Source: Mobula hypostoma (taxonomy: Eukaryota). From it: 60,000 nucleotides of DNA. A program made the translations under genes and the position numbers. How positions within the stretch are numbered: the first letter of the stretch is position 1; each line of letters opens with the position of its first letter. The stretch lies in NCBI RefSeq assembly GCF_963921235.1, contig NC_086097.1, positions 19,780,001-19,840,000 of the forward strand, written 5' to 3'. Positions 50,255 to 60,000 of this stretch are shown one piece after another. A model generated the notes under the pieces. The model was not told where the DNA came from. It did not search any database and saw only the letters and a program-made list of their open reading frames with translations.

Positions 50255-50720
50255 CTCACACACAAAATGCTGGAGGATCTCAGCAGATCAGGCAGCATCT
50301 ATGGAGGGAAATGAACTGTTGACATTTCAGGCTGAGACCCTTCATCAGGACTGGAAAGGAAGAGGGCAGAGGCCAGAATAAAAGGATGAGAGGAGGAGGA
50401 GGGCACAAGCTGGCAGGTGATAGGTGAGGGAGAAGGTGGGAGGAGGGTTGGGGAGAGGGGGCAAAAACAGAATGAGGTGACAAGCTGGGTGGTTTTGGAG
50501 GAAGATACAGTATCTGTTATGTCTCTGCATCTACTGGAGAATCTCAGCAGATCGAGCACCATCCATGGGGGGGAAAGGAACTGTCAAAGTTTCAGGTCCG
50601 ATGTAGGGTTTTGACCTGCAACTTTGCCCTTCACAGAAGCTACTCAACCCATTGAGTACCTGCACCAGAACGTCTGTCACTCCAGATTCCAGCATCCGCA
50701 GTCTCTTGTGTCCCTATCTG
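50255..50720. mobile_element. Penelope terminus (minus) plus an older fold-back element
   Basis: ACACACAAAATGCTGGAGG...CTTCATCAGGACTGG terminus, then degenerate inverted arms at about 50535-50715. Confidence 0.65.
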
Positions 50721-50919
50721 ACTAAATCAGAAGCTGCTAGACAAAGCTGGAAGGGACATAATGGGCCAAATGGCCTCTCCCTGTATTGCACTGTTACCAG
50801 GCCTAAACAAGTTCCTCAGTCAGCATAGGACCCTCACTACCCCCACCCCTTTGTATTCCACTAGTATTTCCATAGCAACAGCACCGTTGTTGGCCACATC
50901 TCAGTTGGCAACAAGGAGG

Positions 50920-52240
<1,321 letters not shown>

Positions 52241-52567
52241 GAATGGGGCTTCAGCATTACTGGGAGAAGGAACACAAGAACATACAGGAGTAGGCCACAC
52301 TGACAAGACCCCTCCCAACCCCCAAAACCCACCACTATCACAGATCCAGCTCATTCTTGACCCCTGTTGTCCTTAAACTAAACACTTGGCATTGGATCCA
52401 GTCCTATTCATTTGAAAAGGTAAGTGAAGTGAAAGTCACAACTCTTTATTTCACAACAAGTATGTTTTAATTAATTTTATGTATTTCAACTAAAATCATT
52501 TCTTCTGTATTATTTTATTTCATTAAATATCTACAGTGGTTTCCAGATGTCTCCAATCATTCAACAC

Positions 52568-53115
52568 CTACACTTAGTGGCCACTTTATTAGGTACACCT
52601 GCACATCTGCTCATTAATGCAAATATCCAATCAGCCAATCATGTGGCAGCAACTCAATGCGCAAAAGCATGCGGGCATGGTCAAGAGGTTCAGTTGTTGT
52701 TCAGACGAAACATTAGAATGGGGAAGAAATGTGATCTAAGTCATTTTGACTGTGGAAGGATTGTTGGTGCCAGATAGGGTGATTTGAGTATCTCAGAAAC
52801 TGCTGATCTCCTGGTATTTTCACGCACAAAAGTCTCTAGCGTTTACAAAGATTGGTGTGAAAAACAAAAGAAAAACATCCAGTGAGCAGCAGTTCTGTGG
52901 GTGAAAACACCTTGCTAATGAGGGAGGTCAGAGGAGAACAGCCAGACTGGTTCAAGCTGACAGGAAGGTGACAGTACTCAAGTTACCACACGTTACAACA
53001 GTGGTGTGCAGAATGGCATCTCTGAACACACAACACATCGAACCTTGAAGTGGATGGACTACAACAGCAGAAGATCATGAACATACACTCAGTGGCCACT
53101 TTATTAGGTACAGGA
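52568..53115 (+). mobile_element. Non-autonomous Tc1-like element
   Basis: CACTTAGTGGCCACTTTATTAGGTACAC TIR; MGKKCDLSHFDCGRIVGAR HTH remnant; second direct TIR copy at about 53084-53111. Confidence 0.8.
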
Positions 53116-54854
53116 GGTTCCTGCAGGGTAGCCTGAGGTAGGGCCTCAGTTCTATCACCTGATGCCTTGTTGCACCACTCTACTTCACAAGAAGATCATG
53201 ACATTGAGCTTGACAGACTAAGGATTTTCACAAAACGTTACAGCAATCCATTCTGGAAACAACCACAAGCCAACACAAAATTCCTGAAAGCGTTGAGCAA
53301 CCACAATGTGCCCTCTTCTCATTACTACCATCCGGGAGGAGGGACAGAAGCCTGAAGAACTTCACTAAACACTTTAGGAACATCTTCTTCCCCTCCACCA
53401 TCAGATTTCTGAACGGTCTATAAACCAATGAACACTCACTCTCTCACTAGTCCCCTTCCGCACTGTTAATTTATTGTAAGATAGTATTTTATATGTCTTG
53501 CACCATACCTCTGCCACAAAACATGTCGGTGATAATAAAACCTAATTCTAATTTGGTAAAACAAGATTTCATTACATTACATGGCACAGTAGCTGCATTA
53601 AAGGGAAAGAGGCCTTTGGTGCAAATACCATTAACAACCTTAGACGGCCCCAAAGAATTTCAAGCTTTGCATTTTGAAGCATTGTCACTGTTATAAGGTA
53701 TAGATATAGCAGTCAGCTTGCACTTAACAAGTTCCAACACACGTCTATATGGTAACTTTTTTCAACCGTGGGATATTGGTGTCCCTGCCACGGGTAGTAT
53801 TCATCACCTATCTTTCACTGCCCTTTAGAAAGTGGTGGTGAGGTGCCTTCCTCAACTACCACCCTCCTAATAGTGGAGCTGGCAAAAGGCAGAAAGATGT
53901 GAGGTAGTAGATGGATGACTACTGATTCGGGTGGTCTGTCCTTGGATGTTATGAAGCTGCACTTATTCAACAAGCAGAGAGATTTCCTTTGGACTCCTGA
54001 TATATCCCTTGAAATGATAGAAAGGATTTGGCAATAACCACTCTCTGACCAGCTGATAATGCAGTTGCTTTGGCTAACTGCATGGTCATTGATGCTGATG
54101 ATAAGACCATCAAGATCTGGTGGTTGGACTTGTTCTTTTTTGGAGATGGTACTTGCCCTGCAATTGTAGGGCATGGGTACATGTTGCCACTTTCCAGCCC
54201 AAGCCTGAATGTTACCCAGGCCTCGACTATTTGCAGGGGTGGAGTGTCCGGTCTGGGGGGTTACAAATGGAACTGGATGCTGTACAGTCTCCACTGAGCA
54301 TCCTACTCCTGACCAGTGGATGAAGGGAAGGTCCAGATGAAACGGTTGAACATGGCTGGGTCTCAGACTGCCTGGGGAACCATATCCTGGGGCTGAGGTA
54401 TCTGGTATCCTGTAGCTTCACGATGTTCAGAAGTTTGAAGAGTCATGGAGAGAGGTATATGCTGCCAATCAGGCACCTATTCCTACCGTAAACCTGGGTC
54501 TTTAATAGATCAGCAGATGTTCAGTGCCCTGAGAAACTCCAGCAATGGAGATGGCTGGCTTCCAACAACCCCAACGTCATTTCTTGAAGATACTTTTTTC
54601 CAATTATTGCAGCTGGGACAGCAGTTAAGGCAGTGGTACACGCCTCCTGCAGGATGCAAGGATCAGGAAAACTTCCAGAATCCCTGATAACTTCACCTGT
54701 GGGAAATTTGCCCAGCTTCAGCTCCTGGCTGGTCTCAGTTACCCGCCCCACCACCACCTGTGTGAAAAATACATCCATATTGAAGGTCGCACTGAACAAT
54801 ATGATAACGTTAGCATTTGAATTATGCTTTCTTAAGCAATTTACACCCCAGAGA

Positions 54855-55950
54855 TAGAGCATAGAACAGTACAGGCCCTTTAGCCTATGATGTCGTGCTA
54901 ACCATTTAACCTATCCTAAAATCAATCTAATCCTTCCCTCTCACATAGCCTATTTTTCTTTCACCTATGGGTCTTTCGAAGAGTTTCTTAAATGACCCTA
55001 ATATATCTGCTTCTACCACCACTCCTGGCAGGGTGTCCCATGCACCCACCATTCTCTGCATAAAAACTTGCCTCTGACACCACCCCCCCCACTATACTTT
55101 CCTCCAATCACCTTAAAGTTATACTCTCTCATATTAGCCATTTCTGCCCTGGGAAATGGCTGTCCGTTCTATCAATGCCTCTTTTCATCTTATACACCTC
55201 TATCAAGCCAGCTCTCAACCTCCTTCACTCCAAAGAGCATGGTTATTAAGTTTGCAGGTGATACTAAAATACAGGGCATCATAGAGGGTGAAGACACATA
55301 TCAAACATTACACAGAGATCTTGATCAGCTAGGTACGTGGGCCAAGGAATGGCAAATGGAGTTCAATTCAGGTAAGTGTGAGGTGTTGCAGTTTGAGACT
55401 TTTACGATGAACAGCTGAATCTTGGGAAGTGTTGTAGAACAGAGGGACCCAGGAGAACTAGTAGCCAGTTCACTGAAAGGGGTGCCTTAGGTGGACAGAG
55501 CTTGATGAAGCAACTATAACACTGGGTATAGAAGTTGGGACATTATGCTGCGGTTGCACAAGATGTTCACGAGCTTGCGCCTGGCGTACTGTATACAGAT
55601 TTGGTCAGCCCGTTATCGGAAAGACATATTTAAGCTGGATAAAATGCAAAGAAGATTTACAAGAATGTTGCCAGGTTTCAGGAGCCTGGTTATAGGGCGA
55701 GGTCAGGCAGGCTTTACCACTTGGAGCATAGGACACGGAGAGGTGACTTTATCAAGCTGTATATACAGAGGCGGGTGTATGTGGGATGAGCTGGAGGAAG
55801 TGGTAGAAGCAGGGCAAATAAAATTTAAAAGTCACTGGGACAGGTACATGGATAGGAAAGTTGCAGGGCAATAAAACCTGGGCAAACGGGACTAAGCTCC
55901 AATGGGCACCTCCATCGATATGAATGAGTTGGACCGAAAGGATTATTTCC
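54855..55950. mobile_element. Two CR1 fragments in opposite orientation
   Basis: Minus-strand 3' end at about 54855-55235; plus-strand RT remnant (KFAGDTKI, WAKEWQMEFN) from about 55240. Confidence 0.7.
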
Positions 55951-56039
55951 GATCTCTAGGGTCCTGAGTTCCTGTTGTCAGTTGGTAACACTAACACAGC
56001 CTCTGGCTCTGGGATCCCATCAGAATTCAAAATGAAAGG

Positions 56040-56860
56040 AAATAATAGTAATTAAGATTTTAAACAGGAGAAATTAATTTTCAGAGGACACATTCCCAGG
56101 GTTAGATTTAATAGCCTGGTGTGTTCATTCCTCTAGTCAGACGCCGTGAAAAATCAGCGCGGCCGACTCAGATGTTTCCGCAGATGCGCCTGACAGGGTG
56201 GCGCTGTCCTGTTAAGCCGGAGCCGACGAGGAGAGGGCGGGGGAGAGAAGGTGGGGGAAGGATGGGGATAAAAAATTGTCAAAACCATTCAAGGGCCCTT
56301 TGTAATTCATGATGGCTCGTCTTCCCATCAAAGACAGCCGCTGATGAAAAATCGCTTCTGCTGCAAAAGAGGAAGGCGAGTGGCGACCCAAGGGGCAGCC
56401 GGAGTCTGATTGAAAAATAAGTTAATTTCTGCATCAATCGATTGGACAGCTTAGCGACAGCCGCTCAAATATCACGGGAAATTAAACTAGCCTGACTCGG
56501 GGGACAGAATGCATTGACCCGTCCTAATTACAGCCGTGTAGTTATCATTTTCATCCTAACTGCTCCCACCTCGCACGCTCCCCGGGAGAGCTGCATCTTC
56601 TGATTTAACTAATTAAAATGGGAAAATTGGGTGTTAATTTTGTGGTGGAAATTTTCAGAATTACCCTGTAATGGAAATGAAATTAAATTGCTGGCAGATT
56701 GATGGCACAGGTCAAGACATAATCTTCTTCTCTTGATTGCCTGATTAAGGCTGTTATCATTTTAGAAATCACCTCGTGTCCGCGATTCCTTGATAAGTTG
56801 GTTGTGTAGAAGTGCTTGGTATAATTTATCGTCGTTGCTTGCTCGCTCTCTTCTTCCAGA
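56040..56860. promoter_or_regulatory. Candidate conserved non-coding enhancer in VSX2 intron 3
   Basis: About 800 bp with no recognisable repeat; dense TAATTA/TAAT, ATCAAAG, TGATTGA and ATCAATCGAT motifs; CpGs retained. Confidence 0.55.
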
Positions 56861-58779
56861 TCTTCCCATGGGTGGGGGTGGTAATCAGGCGGCAGTGAGA
56901 AGGGATGGTCTTGCCCCCTGTTTTGATGGTGGTGATGGGGGGGGGGGGTCTCGGTAGGTCTCAGCGCTAGATCGGGGATGTAGACCCTAACTGTGCTTTC
57001 AACAGAGAAAGCGGTGGGGGCGGCCGCGCATTACCAATGTTATTCTTTTACTTCAGATATATTATCAGCTTGGTCGATGCCGCCAGAATTAAGGGTGGAT
57101 TGACTTTCAGGTCGGGGAGGGGGTGGGGGAATGTCCACGTCAGGATCTAAATGATAGCAAAGGAAATGCGGGTAGAACCCGATGTTCATGAGTAAGGTAA
57201 ACCTTTGAAAGAAGTATAGTCCCATTCTACAAGGCAAGGTTTCCTTCCGTCTCTGTTGCGTTTGGGTACTGAGTCCCAGGTAGTCGTTCTCCATCTATGA
57301 GTGCCAACAAGCCCCAGTTGCTCAGCTGATTCTTCTATCCATAATACAGGGGCCACGGATATCTACAGCAACCGCCCAGTTCACAAAATCCTTATCTATC
57401 CCTCTCTTTCTTAATGCAATGGGTGCTGGTCCTCCAACAGCAGTTCACTTTTCCTTCAGATGACAGTGTGCTTACCCTCCAGTGGCAGTATGGGTTGTGT
57501 GATGGCAGCGTGCTTTCTTTCTAATGACATTGCTCTGGTCCCCCAGTAGTAATATTTTGGTCCTGCGGTGACCGTTTGTTTTGGCTTCCAGTGGAATGCT
57601 CCGATCCTCAACCAGAGTGCACTGGTATTCCACTGGCAGAGGAATGACCTCCAGAGTCATGTGCAGAGTACCAATGGCACTTTGCTGGTCTTCTGATGGC
57701 AATGCACTAGTCCCATCGTAGGGCAGTCTGGGTGCCAATACCGAAGATCAAAGCCCACAGGTCAATTCGAAGTCAGAAGTCAAAGCCCGATGGCTGGAGA
57801 CTGGCGGCCCAGGCAGCTGTCTAGGGGCTGGAGGACGACATCTGTGTGTGGGCGGGCGGGAGTGAAGAAGGAGCTCGTTTTTGCTGTTGTTGCTTGTTGT
57901 GTTGTTCTACCAAGCATTGTGGGCACGCTATTTTGGCACCAGAATGTGCGGCAACACTTGGGGGCTGCTTCCAGCACACCCCTAGATTGTGCTGGTTAAT
58001 GCAAATGATGCAATTCACTGAGTGCTTTGACGCATTTGAGATAAGTAAACTGTATCTGAATGCTAACATTGCATTTGCCTTCCTTACTATGGACTCAACC
58101 TGCGAGTTAACCCTTAGGGAATCTTGCATGAGAACTCCCAAGTCCCTTTGCACCTGTAAAATCTGAACTCACTCCCATTTTAGAAAATAGTCAATGCCAA
58201 ATGGTGGATGTGCTGTGTAGATGGTGGAACGTGTGGCAACACCTTTTGTCTGCTTCCAGCACATTCTTGGGTCATGTTGGTTGTTAACGCAAATTACACA
58301 CTTCACTGTATATTTTGATGTACATGTGATGAATAATTAATCCGAATCTGTGGAATCCATTACCTCCCTCATTCACCACATCAGAACAGATGTGGTGAAT
58401 GAGGGATGGGGTGGAATTGAGTTGCTTGAGTCTCGGTCAATCAGCACTTCACAAGAAAATTGACAGTTAATCTAAAACCCTTGGGAATGGGAAGATGATA
58501 TATTGGTATCCTGTGGGTTAGAGCAAATATATTTGGAGATAATTTCTCCAAGGAAATAACCTTATCATGGTGCAGAGATCTGTGAGTTCTTGAAATCCCA
58601 ACGATCATGTCAGGATTGGGAAAGTACTGTAACGGAGGGGAGAAGTGTCTATATTCATAGGCAATGCTATGGCAGAGAGATGTTGTGAACTTGAGAGGCC
58701 AGGTCATCCTGGTCACCTTAGGTTAACTTTCACCCCAGCAGCATCCTATGGAAGGGTCACAAGTAATGGTCTGGGAACA

Positions 58780-59155
58780 TGGGAGGTGACTTGATAAAGA
58801 GTACAGAATGATTAGAAGCATAGGTCGAGTGACACACAGAGACCTTTTCCCGGGGCGGAAATGACTAATATGAGGGGACATCATTTTATGGTGATTGGAG
58901 GAGAGGACAGGAAGGACGTCAGAGATACAGTAAGTTTTACACAGAGTGCTGAGTTTGGAAACACACTGTTGGGGGTGATGGTAGAGGCTGATACATCAGG
59001 GACATTTAAAGGACTCTTAGAAAGGTAGATGGCTGAATGAAAACTGGAGGGATATGTGGGAGGGAAGGGTTAGATCAATCTTAGAGTAGGTTAAAAGGTC
59101 AGCACAACATCGTGAGCTAAAGGCTTTGTACAGAGCTGTAATGCTCTATGTTGTA
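58780..59155 (+). mobile_element. CR1 3' fragment
   Basis: Same 3' UTR family as 37400-37687. Confidence 0.65.
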
Positions 59156-59594
59156 CATCCTGTGTAGGCAGTAAAAGATGATAATGTTTGGGATGAAATG
59201 TTGTCACCTGTGACTTGGCCAGCTGCTAACTTTGCACCACTCTACTAATTTCCTTCATCATATCCCACACCAATATTAGTGGCCCAGATTGTGGAATGTC
59301 TCTTTAAACAAGGTCCACTTCAACAGAGATCCCTTTCTTACGAGACTCTAACATGGCATGGTTCTTCCTTTTCCTCTCTCAGGAGGCTCAGTAGACAAGG
59401 TTTCAACTTAGGAGATTGAGAGTATCACATCCTTACATTAAATATGACAACTGATCCCAGGAAATGCTCCATAAAGCATCAAGATCCAAAATAAATCACC
59501 AAATAAATAAACTGCAATCTTTGCACAGGTCACTGGATGAGCTCTCGGTAGATGAGATTATTGCTTTATTACTTTACAAGGACATTGATAAAGA

Positions 59595-59800
59595 AGAAAT
59601 ACTTGCATTTCTGTAGTGCCTTTTACATCACTTTCACAACATCCCAAAGCACGTTACAGGCAAGTAATCACTTTTGCAATCTACTCACAATTTTCACACA
59701 GCCAATTCGCATTAACACAATGATAGATCGTCTGATTTCGGTATGGTTAGATGAGGGTTAAAGACACCGACTAGACAATATTGCGGTACAACCTACAATG
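59595..59800 (-). mobile_element. Probable ancient DeuSINE/SacSINE1-like relic
   Basis: ACTTGCATTTCTGTAGTGCCTTT...TCCCAAAGCAC...CAGCCAATT pattern resembles the Deu-domain SINE as I recall it; highly degenerate. Confidence 0.4.
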
Positions 59801-60000
59801 CCCATCTGTGAGAGGAGACAGGGGCAGGGACTCAAACCAATGATTTGACTCCGACGATGACTCTGCAGTAGAGCTGAGGCTAATGCAACATAGCACATAC
59901 AATATAGGTCCTTCAGCCCACAATGTTGTGCCAACCTTTCAAACTTTAAGTTCAATCTAATATTTTCCTCCCATATAGCCCTCCATTTTTCTTTCATTCT

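Noticed and set aside
57400..57760. Possible unannotated coding exon in VSX2 intron 3
   Set aside because: No recognisable domain or convincing splice pair; may be an old TE relic.

Overview
Vertebrate nuclear DNA, not prokaryotic. The repeat content (HE1/V-SINEs, CR1, Rex-Babar, Penelope, L1, Tc1) points to a cartilaginous fish, probably a ray; this is an inference. Two host genes are partly present, both on the minus strand. (1) The last two coding exons of VSX2/CHX10: exon 4 at 51702-51882 and the OAR-containing exon 5 at 44184-44497, with an in-frame alternative acceptor adding 63 nt (to 44560). (2) About 42 kb downstream, exon 1 and the CpG-rich promoter of a mitochondrial acetyl-CoA synthetase (1416-1719), which by its position next to VSX2 is probably the ACSS1B ohnolog absent from mammals. 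Most of the remainder is transposon-derived. It includes several nested insertions with readable target-site duplications: a near-intact CR1 in a Rex-Babar LINE, an inverted Penelope pair in a CR1, an L1 in a Rex tail, and a tRNA-SINE in a CR1. The most notable non-coding signal is a set of minimal type-I hammerhead ribozyme motifs in Penelope-like termini, plus short fold-back elements built from those termini. Repeat-free blocks rich in homeodomain sites (56040-56860, 35040-35400) look like enhancers. Most ORFs in the supplied track are TE fragments or spurious. No database searches were run; family assignments come from recognised motifs.
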